Assembly (NCBI GenBank): GCA_951406725.2
Contig: OX597829.1
Coordinates: 50,220,001-50,284,000 of the forward strand
DNA from: Octopus vulgaris
Taxonomy: Eukaryota
Direction of reading: 5' to 3'
Length of the DNA stretch: 64,000 nt
The notes beneath the pieces are model-generated. The model worked only from the letters and a program-made list of their open reading frames with translations, did not search any database and had not been told where the DNA came from. This document shows positions 39,562-52,205 of this stretch, piece by piece (position 1 is the stretch's first letter; each line of letters begins with the position of its first letter). The translations under genes and the position numbers were made by a program.

Positions 39562-39912
39562 TTCAAAGTTCCACAACCACTTCCACAACCAAAGTTCCAC
39601 AACAGCTTCCACAGTTCCACAACCACTTCCACAACCAAAGTTCCACAACCACTTCCACAACCAAAGTTCCACAACCACTTCCAAAGCCAAAGTTCCACAA
39701 ATACTTCCACAACCAAAGTTCCACAACCACTTCTATGACCAAAGTTCCACAACTACTTTCACAACCAAACTTCCACAACCAAAGTTCGATAAATACTTCC
39801 TCAACCAAAGTTCCACAAATACTTCCACAACCAAAGTTCCACAAATACTTCCACAATCAAAGTTCCACAAATACTTCCACAATCAAAGTTCCACAAATAC
39901 TTCCACAACCAA
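39562..39912. repeat. 26-bp minisatellite (ttccacaaccaaag + ttccacaa[cc/at]ac), about 13 units
   Basis: Direct inspection; produces the repetitive ORFs at 39511-39989. Confidence 0.92.
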
Positions 39913-40701
39913 AAATGAAGGGTGAAGGCCTCCTATGCACAACCTCTGTCTCAGTACATAGTAATAAAAATCACTTCAACCATACATGACCATCACATCT
40001 GAAGCGGCAAAATAAATAAACATGCAGCAGCTTACAGTGTTCTGGGTGATGAGACCAATGTGAGGAATTGTGCAAAGAACCAGAAACTATTGGAAATGTG
40101 TTCAAACAGAAGACTGGAAAATACCATCATGATGGTAATGGTGGTGGTGGTGGTGGCAGTGGTGGTGTTAATGAGGAGAGGAGGAGGAGTGGGAAAGGAG
40201 GGGCGAGGCAAGGAGGAAGAGAAGAGAAGGGGAGAGGAGAGGAGGGAGGGGAGGGAATGGGGGAGGCAGAGAAGAGAAGGAAGAAGAGAAAAGGGAGGAA
40301 GAGAAGGAAGTGAAGGGGGTTTAGAGGAAGAGGAAGAGGAAGAGAAGAGAAGGGGGGTGAGAAGGAGGAAGTGAAGGAAAGAGGAGGAGGAGAAAGAAGG
40401 GGGAGGGGAGGAGGAAGTGAAGTAAGAGAAGGAAGGGGAAGAAGTGAAGGAAGAGAGGAGGAGAGAAGGAGGAGGAAGATGAGGGGAGAAAGATGGTAAG
40501 GAAGAGGGGGAGGAAGAAGAAAAGTGGAAGTGAAGGAAGAGGAGGCAGAAGATGAAGAGGAGGCAGAGATTGCAGTGGTAGTGGGGTCGATGATGATAAG
40601 TATGTTAATGATGGCAATGATGATGATGACAACAAAGGCAATGACAGCAATGATGATGATGATGGTGATGATGATGAAATATTCCATTTTTATCACCAAA
40701 C

Positions 40702-40857
40702 CTGTGGAAGTTCCAGAAGTGTTTTGATCTTGACTTCTTCATAAAGCTGTAACCTCAATTCAAAGATCTGTATTTTCTTCATCTGCGCTTTATCATAATC
40801 TTCATTTTCCACAGCTTGACGCTTCTCTACCTCAAGTTTGCCAAGTTTCTCTCCACT
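40702..40857 (-). CDS. CEP104: CEP104 internal exon: SGEKLGKLEVEKRQAVENEDYDKAQMKKIQIFELRLQLYEEVKIKTLLELPQ
   Basis: Acceptor tcttcatttgcag, donor gtttgg; 156 nt, phase 0-0. Matches the CEP104 coiled coil VGERLGRYEVEKRCAVEKEDYDLAK. Confidence 0.92.
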
Positions 40858-41007
40858 CTGCAAATGAAGAGAGATATTCTCACTATGACACCTAAGAAAT
40901 TATAAATCCTCTCGAATCGTTTTGGCCTATATACATATATACCTCAAAATTCTATATATGTATGTATGCATCTATGTATGTATATATATATATATGTGTG
41001 TGTATAT

Positions 41008-42850
41008 GAGACCGAGCCGTGAAAATTGAAAAGGAAGAACGCTTCAGATAAGAATACAGAATCGCGACAAACGCCAGTCGCAATCCAAAAACCTTCTTTG
41101 CCCATGTCCAACGGAATTCCCGCTTGAACAACCAAATTGCAACATTGGTAGACTCAACAAGTGTATCAATTGAGGACCCTTATCAGCAGAGTCAGTTATT
41201 TGCCAAGGCTTTTCCAACAATTTTCAAACATGATGATGGTTGTTAACCCCCTCCATTTGATAGATTGGTACCACCAATGCCTAGATTGGTCATCACTCGG
41301 GACGAAGTTGAACACGTTATTCAAGGCCTTGATGTCAACAAGGGTCACAGCCCTGACGGCATACACCCATAGGTTATCAAAGCGTTGGCTCCGGTCATCT
41401 GCGAGCCTTTAACACTTCTATTCAATATGTCATTGGCAATGGGTGTTATACCTGTGGACTGGAGAACAGCGATAATCTGCCCAATTTTCAAGAAAGGGAG
41501 CCGCGAAGACCAGCTTAACTACCGACCAGTTTCCCTTACTTCAATAATCAGCAAGATGTTCGAAACCATCCTTAAGAAAAGTATGGTGCTCCACCTCCAA
41601 AACACAGCCTCTATCTCTGATTCCCAACACAGCTTCGTGCCGAAGAGATCATGCTTGAGCAACTTACTGGTAATGGAAGAATTGGTGACGCGTATCCTGG
41701 ATGATGGTGATGCTGTTGACATCGTTTTATTGGACTTTGCCAAAGCTTTTGACTCGGTTAATCACCGCCTATTACTTGTTAAGCTTCAAGCATATAGTTT
41801 CCATCCGGATATTGTATGATGGGTTGGTGCCTTCCTCTCAGATTGCTCCTTCCAAGTCCAAGTTAATGGTTTGCTGTCCGACGTCTCCAGTGCGAGCAGT
41901 GGCGTGCCTCAAGGTTCAGTGCTTGGGCCCTTAATGTTTTTAGTCTTCATAAATGACTTGCCCGACGACCTCATGCAACACACCCTTCTATTTGCCGATG
42001 ATGTCAAACTGGTCGCTCCTCGTGGTGATATAGATGATCTTCATCAATGCCTCCACCAAGTTTGGAGATGGTCTAACGAATGGGACCTGTGTCTGAATGT
42101 GTCAAAGTGCTGTCATCTGCCTGTTGGCTCCTCTCCTGCAACTCAACTTGATTTCAAACCGGGTCGTCTGCTGCTGGAGAGGACCGACCAGGTAAAGGAC
42201 CTGGGTATCTTGGTGGATTCTTCCATTTTGCCTTCGGCCCAGTGCGTCCATGCTGCCAACAAAACACGCAGAGTTCTGTTTTTGATTCGACAGTCATTTG
42301 GAATGCTCACAGCAGCCATATTCCTACCGCTCTATGTCACGCTGGTGAGTACAGGATTCAAGCCTCTTCTTTTTATCTTCTCAAAGACATACATCATCTC
42401 GAAAGAGTCCAGAAGCTGGCTACCCGCATGGTTCTTGGTCTCAAGCATTTGTCTTATGAAGAAAGGCTGAAGACGCTTGACCTTTATTCTCTAGAAAAAC
42501 GACGACGCCGTGATGATCTCATTCTCGCTCACAACATCATAAGCGGAAAGTGTAACCTCTTGAAAGAGCTGTTCTTCACACCTGCTCCAGAGCGTCGGCT
42601 GCGGGGTCACTCCGAAAAGCTCTATGTGCGACGATTTCATCTCAATCAAAGGCGAGGGGCTTTCTCCATCCAGGTTGCGGATCCGTGGAACAAGCTGCCG
42701 GACGAGATAGTTACGATCGCTCGGTTCAAAGCCTCTCTTGACCAGAAATGGCCTGAACTCTTTGCATGAACACCCTCCCTGTACATAACTCCATGTCCCC
42801 CTACATGGTCTTGCTTTTTGCTTTTTGAGCCAAAAAATTAACTTAACTTA
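41008..42850 (+). mobile_element. 5'-truncated CR1-clade LINE, antisense to CEP104
   Basis: PIFKKG, NYRPVSLTS, LDFAKAFDSV, SGVPQGSVLGP, LFADDVK, RLRGHSEKL...WNKLP...FKASLD; a few stops and frameshifts; (AACTT)n tail. Confidence 0.93.
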
Positions 42851-43188
42851 TATGCACACACTCAGGCACACACACAGATATACATAGACACACACACTTA
42901 TACATAAACAAAAATACACATACACATTCATGAACACCTCTCTCCCCCATCCAGCCACATAACCCTCCACACACACATGCATACACAAACCCCACACACA
43001 TACACATACATACAACTATCACTCATCGTTTTGAAAACTTACATCAATTTTTGTTTAATTTTATTTTATTTTTAGAGTTTTTTTTCTTTTTTACTCTCTC
43101 TCTCTCTCTCTCTCTCTGTCAGTTTAACATTCATTAAAAATATATCAATTAAAAAAAAAAAAAAACTAAAATATTAAAATAATACAAC

Positions 43189-43244
43189 CTTCTGTAATTT
43201 TTCAATTCCAATTTTGATACGCTTTGCAAATTCATATCTTTCTT
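43189..43244 (-). CDS. CEP104: CEP104 internal exon (first found in window), coiled-coil region: xERYEFAKRIKIGIEKLQK
   Basis: Acceptor ttccattttcag, donor gttgta; phase 1 to 0. Peptide resembles recalled vertebrate CEP104 KERYDYAKKLKQAIADLQK and joins the next exon in frame. Confidence 0.88.
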
Positions 43245-46200
43245 CTGAAAATGGAAACAAAATATTTTAGACTTATTTCAGTTCTTCCTTGTATTTATTT
43301 AATCTTTTACTCTTTTACTTGCTTCAGTCATTAGACTGTGGTCATGCTGGGGCACTGCCTTGAAGAATTTGACAGGAGCTGGCTAGGTAGAAATACTACC
43401 CTATGCTACTGTACTGTTTTGGCATGGTTTTTACAGCTGGATGCCCTAACACCAAAGGTTAGTTTTGTCTCAGTTTTTAAAGCTGGATGCCCTTTCAAAT
43501 ACCACCCACTTTACAGTGTGGACTGGATGCTTTTTTACATGGCACCAGCACTGACAGTGTCACCAAGTAACTTGCAAGACAAGGAATTTTGAGAGGGGAC
43601 GGGGCATTGGAGGAGATGATTTTTATGTCAGATGATAACAGGTTAGAGTATGACAGAGAGACAGAAAGAAGTGTCTTGCTATAGAGGAGGTACATGGTTA
43701 ACTGGCCAAGAGAAAGATAGAAGCGAGAGAGAAAGAGAGGGAGAAGGAAGGAGAGGAAAGAGAGAGTGAAAGAGAGAGTAAGAGAGAGAAAGGTAACAAG
43801 AAAGCGAACAGAAAGGTGTGCTGCTGTAAAGGAGAGACTGTTACCTAGCCAGAAAGAAGAGCAAGAGAAGGAGAGAGAAAGAGTAATCAAGAATGAGGGT
43901 AGAAATAGGTGTGCAGCAGTAGAGATACACTGTTACCCAGTGTGTGTGTATATATGTATATTATGTATTCTTTTATTCTTTTACTTGTTTCAGCCATTTG
44001 ATTGTGGCCATGCTGGGGCATTGCCTTAAAGGGTGTTACTCGAAGAAATGGACCCCAGGACTTATTCTTTGTAAGTGTAGGGCTTAATCTATCAGTCTCA
44101 TTTGCCAAACCTCTAAGTTACGGGGACATAAACACACCAGCATTGGTCGTCAAGTAGTGGCAGAGGGGAAAAACACACTCACACATAAATATATACATAT
44201 ATATATATATACATGTATATACGATGGGCTTCTTTCAGTTTCCGCCAAACAAATTCACTTACAGGGGTTTGGTTGGCCTGAGGCTATAGTAGAAGACACT
44301 TGCTCAAGGTACCATGCAGTGAGGTTGGGAAGCAAGCCTTCACCTATATACATACATCTATATATGCCTTCACATCATCATCATCATCATCGTCGTTTAA
44401 CGTCCGTTCTCCATGCTAGCATGGGTTGGACGGTTTGACCGGGGTTCTGGGAAGCCAGAAGGCTGCACCAGGCTCCAGTCTAATCTGGCAATGTTTCTAC
44501 AGCTGGATGCCCTTCCTAACGCCAACCACTCCGTGAGTGTAGTGGGTGCTTTTATATGCCTTCACCTATATACATTTTCTTAAAGCTGAAATAAATCTTC
44601 CCAAACAGTTACTAAGAGTTTCATTTTACTGTCAGACAATTGTGATCTTACTATGAAGATTTTTGTTAGCTTTAATAAAAATGCATATTACTCTACCTTC
44701 AGTATTCGAGTACTATTTTTTCCCACCTTGTTTTGCATTTATGCACTTACTCATGTGTGTATATATGTGTGTGTATGTGCATGTGTGTGTATCACATGTA
44801 TCACATGATTGACCAGACTATTAGATGTTATTAGACATCACTTGTCAAAATGCACTTTGCATCACTTTAGCTTTTGAATGATGCCACACCACTGGCAAGG
44901 CAAGCAGGCCAACATTTCCTCATTATCGGAAGGCTAGTTCATCATAATGCAACCCATTTACAGATGAGTGAATACGAGCTGTGTGAAATGAAGAGTTTTG
45001 CTCAAGAATACATCACACAGTTGGTATGGAAATTGAAACAATGATCTTATGATTATGAGTGAACGTGTCTAACCACTAGGCTACATGTGTTCACATACAT
45101 ATACACACCACACCCACACACCTACACACACATGCATACGAGACCTTTGGAGATATACTGTGCTTGAGAAGACCCGGCAAGCCAAGTCAGACTGTGACCG
45201 TGGCCTATGCCAGTGTCACATAACCAGCCCATTTAAGTTTACCCTTCAATCATTGGGCAATAAACTGTGCTCGAGAAGACCTGTTCAGTCAAGTGAAATC
45301 ATTGTTGTGGCTGATGCCAGTACCACCTGACTGGCACCCATGCCGGTGGCATGTGAAAAGCATCATTCAAGCTTGGTCAATGCCAGTGCTGCGTGACTGG
45401 CTCCCATGTTGGTGGCACATAAAAAGCACCATTCGAGTGTGGTTGATGCCAGTGCTGCCTGATTGGCTCCCATGCCAGTGGCATGTAAAAAGTACTCATT
45501 ACAAATCTCAAGGTGGTTGGTGTTAGGAAGGGCATCCAGCTGTACAAACATTACCATATCAGACTGGAGCCTGATGCAGCCTCCCAGCTTACCAGTCCTC
45601 AGTCAAACCATCCAACCCATGCTAGCATGGAAAGCGGATGTTAAACGATGGTGATGATAACAATAATGATATATATATGTATATATTTACATATACATAT
45701 ATTCATACTCTAAGTCACCTTCCTCAATACTGGTCACCACTCATTTGAGGGTGTCTTGTATGGCAACTTACTTGGTGATGTCACTGCTGTTGGAGATACA
45801 GAAAAAGCACCCAGTACTTTCTGTAAACGGTTGGTGTTAGGAAGGCCATCCGGCCTAAAAACCATGCCACAGTCTTCTGACTTGCTAGCTCCTGTCAAAG
45901 TGTCTATCCCAAGCCAGTATAAAAATGGACATTAAATGATGGTTCAGTACTTTCCATCTATCGAACCCATTCACAAGGCTGGGGCTATAGCAGAAGACAC
46001 CTACCCAAGGTGCCACTCAGTAGGACTGAAACCAAAACCATGTGGTTTGGAAGCAAGCTTCATACCACTCCACCATGCTTGTGTCTATTCAATATTCATG
46101 ATAAATATAATATTTCTGTCATCTTCTCTTGAGGGTATTATTCAAAAACCTGCCAATATTTTCCTTGCTTTCTCAGTCTAATCGAGCTAATTCATACAGC

Positions 46201-46664
46201 TTTTATTTGAGTATTCTAACTTATTACAGAATCCTCAAAAATATTGATATTTATTATTACCATATTTTGGCACTTGCTTCTATTTTATGCATTAATCTAA
46301 TCCATCATTAATATTCCTTCTTAACCTTTCCATGCATCTCTGTCTGTTACATTCCATCAAGTTCACCGATTCACAAGTATTTTGCAAATCTGTGTTTGAT
46401 CTAATATTAGGTCTTTTATCTTTTATGTTATTTTTTTTTTACTTGTTTTGGTCATTGGACTGTGGCCATGCTGGGGCACCACTTTGACCGCAATACTTAA
46501 TGGTTTTTTTTTTTTCAAGTCTCTCTCTTTTGCTAAACTGTTAAGTTACAGGGACATAAGCAAACCAACACCAGTTGTCAATTGTGTGGGGGGGGGGGAC
46601 AAACACAAAGATACACACACGTGTGTGTCTGTATGTGTATGTGTGTGTTTGTGTGTGTGCGTGT

Positions 46665-47325
46665 GTGTAATGTAAGTGTACATGTTCAACAGAGTGCTAG
46701 TGTTTTGAGAGAGAAGTTAGGCATAAGAGGAATTGGTTGCTGTGTGCAAGAGAGGAGAGTGTGCTAGTTTGGTCATGTGATGCGGATGGATGCTGATAGT
46801 TCCATAAAGAAGTATCAATCTCTCAAAATAGATGGAACACATGGAAGTTGGAGATCCAGGAAGATGTGGGATGAAGTACTGAAGAACAACCTCAGAACAC
46901 TGTCAACCTTTTAGGTGAGATGACAAAGGACCAAAGTGTCTGGTGACTTGTACTTAAGGAGACCCGAACTCCACAGAAAAAGTGTTAAGACCAGTCCTTC
47001 AGGTGGTGTAAAGCACTCGTGGCAGTGCCACACAAAGACACCTGTGTGGTCCCACATAAAAGTGCCTGAGTGGTGACACATGAAGGCGCCCATGTGGTGC
47101 TATGTAAAAGCACCCAAGCATCACCATGCAGAAATGCCCATGCAGTGCCACACAAAATCACCCAGTAGACTCTGTAAAGTGGTTGGCATTAGGAAGGGCA
47201 TCCAACTGTAGAAACCATGCTAGATCAGGCTGGAGTCTGGTGCAGATTCCCAGCTTACCAGTTTTCAGTCAAACCATCCAATCCATAGCAACATGGACAA
47301 CGAACACTGAATGACGATAATGATG
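46665..47325 (+). mobile_element. Old RTE 3' fragment
   Basis: CNVSVHVQQSASVLREKLGIRGIGCCVQERR followed by 3' UTR modules. Confidence 0.75.
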
Positions 47326-47347
47326 ATATTTGTCTGTGGCCGGGTGT

Positions 47348-47404
<57 letters not shown>

Positions 47405-47439
47405 TTATGTAAGATATAAGTTAGAGGTTATGCAACCAT

Positions 47440-47825
47440 CTAAGGGATCTAAGGCGCAAAGTCGGAGGGCAGAAAAAGCGCTACAAGGATAGTCTCAAGG
47501 TCTCTCTCAAAGACTTCTCCATCGGAACAGAGACCTGGGAGACACTTGCTGCCAACCGCTCATCCTGGCGCAGCGCAATCACCGTGGGAGCAGGGACAGC
47601 CGAGGAGGGACGGATTCGGTCAGCGGAGCAGAAACGTCAGATGCGTAAAGTCAGAGCCGCCTGCACCAGTAGCACTGCCCCTACCCACTTCTGCCCCACC
47701 TGTGGGAGGGGCTTCCTTGCCCGGATTGGCCTCACCAGCCACCTCTGGTCTCATGGCGGCAGTTCCATCAGATGATGTCAGTTGGTCATCTTCGAACCGA
47801 AGGACGAACATTATTATTATTATTA
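47440..47825 (+). mobile_element. 3' end of an RTE/BovB-like LINE with C-terminal zinc finger
   Basis: Open frame GGQKKRYKDSLK...TWETLAANRSSWR...CPTCGRGFLARIGLTSHLWSH...*; short UTR; (ATT)n tail. Confidence 0.85.
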
Positions 47826-48598
47826 GATGTATCCATAAGCAATCCTGGTGTATTACCTCAGTATGTATGGTCCTCGTTATAAGGTATACGGTTGTAGATA
47901 ATTTAAGGATAAAACTGTGGTTTAATATATATAGAGACGATAAGAAACAGAGCAATAATTAACAGTGAAAAGTGGATCAATGGTGTTTTAAAGTCATTGC
48001 TTAATTAAACAATGACTTTAAAACACCATTGATCCACTTCTCATTGTTAATTATTGCTCCTTTTCTTAGCCTCTCTCTCTCTCTATGTATGTATGTATGT
48101 ACATATGTATATCGTGAATTGTAATGTTAATAAAATGCTGGGTTGGGTTTTTTTATATATATATTTTTCTGCATTTGAATTATCTGGCATTCTAGTTATT
48201 TTTCATTCTATTACTATTAGTTCATTGTCATCTGGGCTATGAAAGGTCTTTGTATATTTTTATTGGTTGTACATGGAGCCAGGGTCGATTGTTCCATAAT
48301 ATCATTTGTATCCATGTTCAGTCAAGATTCAAATGTTGATTAACCCTTTGGCATTTAAACCAGGTATGTGCTGCCCAAGTATTCTCCCTGCTTTGTGTTC
48401 AAACTGGCCAGATCAGGCCTCTCACAACTACCATGCAATGTCATTCTGAAAGTAAATAATCACACCATTGAAATCTCAAAGCTACAAGATAATAAATGAT
48501 TAATATATATACACACACACACACATATATATATTCCTTTTCTTTTACTAGTTCCAGTTCAAGAGCTGTGGCCATGCTGGGGCAGTCATTAGTTTCAC

Positions 48599-48682
<84 letters not shown>

Positions 48683-49090
48683 GGATCGAATACAGACTTT
48701 GTTTGGCTGAAAGAGCACAGATCCTGTTCAGATCTAAGATCCCTAACTCTCTATTGAACTCCAGGTCAGAAATTTTCAGCAGTTGCAAGCATATGTATAA
48801 ATATATTTTGAAGAATTGGAAAATTCCACCTATTCCTGACTGACTTGATATCTTTCCAGCCTTAGCATTTAAGGTCCAAGGAGGATAGCCCTTAGACCTT
48901 TTTACCTTTTATTTTTTACATTCTAATTTCTCTTTTGCATTTTCTGTTTTCTGTTTTCCATTGTTTACTGTCTGTGTTTTCTGTATGCTGCCTTCTGAGT
49001 TGTTTCACATTTCTTCTCTTATTCAATTTTTTCAGTTTGTTATGATATGTAGTTTGCGCCTGAAGAATATGTTTGAGTATTTCTCAACAT

Positions 49091-49387
49091 GTGGAGGCGC
49101 AATGGCCTAGAGGTTAGGGCAGCGGTTTTGATTCCCAGACCGGGTGTTGTGAGTGTTTATTGAGCGAAAACACCTAAAAAGCTCCACGAGGCTCCGGCAG
49201 GGGATGGTGGTGATCCCTGCTGTACTCTTTCACCACTCTTTCTCCCACTCTTTCTTCTGTTGGCCTGCTCGCTTAGCCAGCGGGGTGGCGTCATTCGAAG
49301 GCTAAAACAATGCGAACGCATTGTGACCAGCGATGTGTAACTACATCTGATGGACTGGTCGGTCACGTGATGGTGATGGTGATGGTG
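49091..49387 (+). mobile_element. tRNA-derived SINE family C with (GTGATG)n tail
   Basis: 12-bp TSD atttctcaac(a/g)t; a copy in opposite orientation lies at about 3135-3353. Confidence 0.85.
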
Positions 49388-49496
49388 ATTTCTCAACGTA
49401 TGACACTATTAGTAGTGCTTTAATACATGTATTGTGACCTTTAAATGAATAATATTTATCTCTCACCAGATGGAGTATATATGTATATATATATAT

Positions 49497-49727
49497 TTCT
49501 TTACTACCCACAAGGGGCTAAACACAGAGGAGACAAACAAGGACAGACAAACGGATTAAGTCGATTACATCGACCCCAGTGCGTAACTGGTACTTAATTT
49601 ATCGACCCCCGGAAGAATGAAAGGCAAAGTCGACCTTGGCAGAATTTGAACTCAGAACGTAACGGCAGACGGAATACGGCAACGCATTTTGCCCGGCGTG
49701 CTAACGTTTCTGTCAGCTCGCCGCCTT
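49497..49727 (-). mobile_element. tRNA-derived SINE family B (central domain resembling the Meta/Sauria-SINE type)
   Basis: ggcggcgagctg...gagttcaaattc...gcctttcat...gggtcgataaattaagtacc. Copies at about 9830-10060, 10670-10856, 53465-53693 and fragments elsewhere. Confidence 0.8.
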
Positions 49728-49821
49728 CATATATATATTGATAGTAACATGTAATTTGAGGGAGACTTTGCTGCTATTTCTATAATTCTAGCAGGTAGGA
49801 CTGACAAAATAGAGGCTATCA

Positions 49822-49860
<39 letters not shown>

Positions 49861-51407
49861 ATTGGCTTATGTTGACTAGGTTGGTTTTAGTTGATATTAA
49901 CAGTGATAGTGGTGTTAGAAGTATTGGGTGTTGTTGTTGGTGAAACTATTAGGAAATAGTGGTGTTGGTGGTGGTGGTGGCAGTGGAGGGACAGCAGAAA
50001 TTAGATCATTGATCATTTACTAAATTCAATATGGAAATGGGAATTATTGATATTGATGTTCAAAGTAGAAAGTGTCTGCTGACACATTGGGTAGTGTCGT
50101 TTCAATATGATGATGATCATCATCCTAATGATGATGATGATGATAACAACAACAACAACAATAATAAATGATGATGATGATGATGATGATGACGGTGGTG
50201 GTGATAATGACAATGATGATTGTGGGAGTCAGGGCTATGATTGTGATGATAGTGATAATTGTGGGTGGTGGTCATCATTGTTGTCATCATCATCATGACG
50301 GTGGTTGTGGTGTTGCTAGTGGTAATGATGATGACAACAAAGATGAAAACTAAGATGATGATGACAACGAAGACGATAACAAAGGTGGTGATGATGACGA
50401 CGATGAAGAAAAGGGTGAAGACAATGAAGATCATGGACATTAGGATCATCATCATCATTGTTCGACCGTGGTCGAGACAATGGAATTTACCATGCTACGC
50501 CAGACTTCACGGTCCATCATGGCATTACGGAGGTCCTGTTGCTGGATGCCTAGAGACAGACAGATAGACAGACGTTAGGATAGTGATGGTGATGACGACG
50601 GTGACAATGATGATAGTGATGACAACAATAATGATGATGATGGTTGTAGTGGTGATGGTGGTGATTATGATGAATACAGCAATGCAATGATGACAATAAC
50701 AAAAGTAATGATGATGATGATGAGGAGGAGGAGGAAGAGGGGAGAGAAGGAGTGAAAAGGACAAGGAGGAGGAGGACGATGATGAGGAGGAGAAAGGAGG
50801 AGAACGATGACGATGACAACGATGACAATGTTGACAGCACTTATTGGTAATGAGAATAAAGTGTGATGAGAATATATTAGTTTAGACACATGAAGATTTT
50901 AATTAGACGTAAAGCACATAACGAGAAACTTAGGAAAATCAAATAACCAAATGTTGTTAATGAACTTCCTTCAATGTTTTCCGTTGATTATAGGTTGGCT
51001 CCTGTACAATGACTGGTATTGATTTTATCGAGACTTGGAGGAGGAGGAGGAGGAGGAGGAGGAGGAGGAGGATGAAACTCTAGGTCAACCTGGGGTGAAG
51101 GGAGACAACTGAGAAAGCCATAAATATTACAAGGTAATTTTGTTTGATACACCAAATTTTTAGATGTCCAATAGCAACACTTGTTTGCACACACACACAA
51201 ACAAACATAAACATACATCTGCAAAAGCACAGAGATAAACACACAGATGAATGCACAACAGTGCAAACATAAATACACACACACACAACTATGAGGTTCT
51301 GTGATTGATGTTGCATTTCAACTTGGACAAGTGTATTCTGCTAAAGCTTTAGGATGATTGGTAGATTATTTTGCTTGAAGAGTGTCTGTGTGTGTGTGTG
51401 TGTGCCC

Positions 51408-51559
51408 ATAGACAGATAGACAGACAGGTAGATGGACAGACTGACAGACACATAGAGAGAAAGACAGACAGACAGACAGATAGACAAATAGAAAAAGATA
51501 GAAAGACAGATAGACAGACAGACAGATAGATAGATAGACAGATAGATAGACAGACAGGC

Positions 51560-51614
<55 letters not shown>

Positions 51615-51739
51615 AAGATAGAAAGATAGATAGACAGACAGACAGATAGATACACAGATAGATAGATAGACAGACAGACAGATAGATAGATAGATAGATA
51701 GATAGGTAGATAGAAAGATAGATAGATAGGTAGATAGAA

Positions 51740-51812
<73 letters not shown>

Positions 51813-51823
51813 GGCAGGCAGGC

Positions 51824-51854
<31 letters not shown>

Positions 51855-52093
51855 TAGATAGATAGATAGATAGATAGATAGGTAGATAGGTAGATAGATA
51901 GATAAGTAGATAGATAGATAGGTAGGTAGATAGGTAGGTAGCTAGATAGGTAGATAGATAGATAGATAGATAGGTAGATAGAGACAGACAGACAGATAGA
52001 TAGACAGACAGGTTGATAGATATACAGACAGACAGATAGAGAAAGAGAGATAGACTGAGAGACAGAGAGAGAGAGACAGATAGATAGATAGTG

Positions 52094-52148
<55 letters not shown>

Positions 52149-52205
52149 CAAACAGACAGAGAGACAGACAAATAGATGTAGATATTTATACACACACACA
52201 CACAC
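51408..52205. repeat. (GATA)n/(GACA)n microsatellite
   Basis: Direct inspection; a similar tract lies at 56025-56390. Confidence 0.95.

Noticed and set aside
39562-39912. Regularly spaced repeats resembling a CRISPR array or repeat protein
   Set aside because: No unique spacers, eukaryotic context and no cas genes; a simple 26-bp minisatellite.
41385-42769. Potentially active reverse transcriptase gene
   Set aside because: 5'-truncated, with an in-frame stop at 41817-41819 and frameshifts.
50990-51090. Poly-Pro exon-like stretch VDLEFHP12SLDKINT after a good acceptor
   Set aside because: A (CCT)n microsatellite with no convincing donor; it does not fit the CEP104 exon order.
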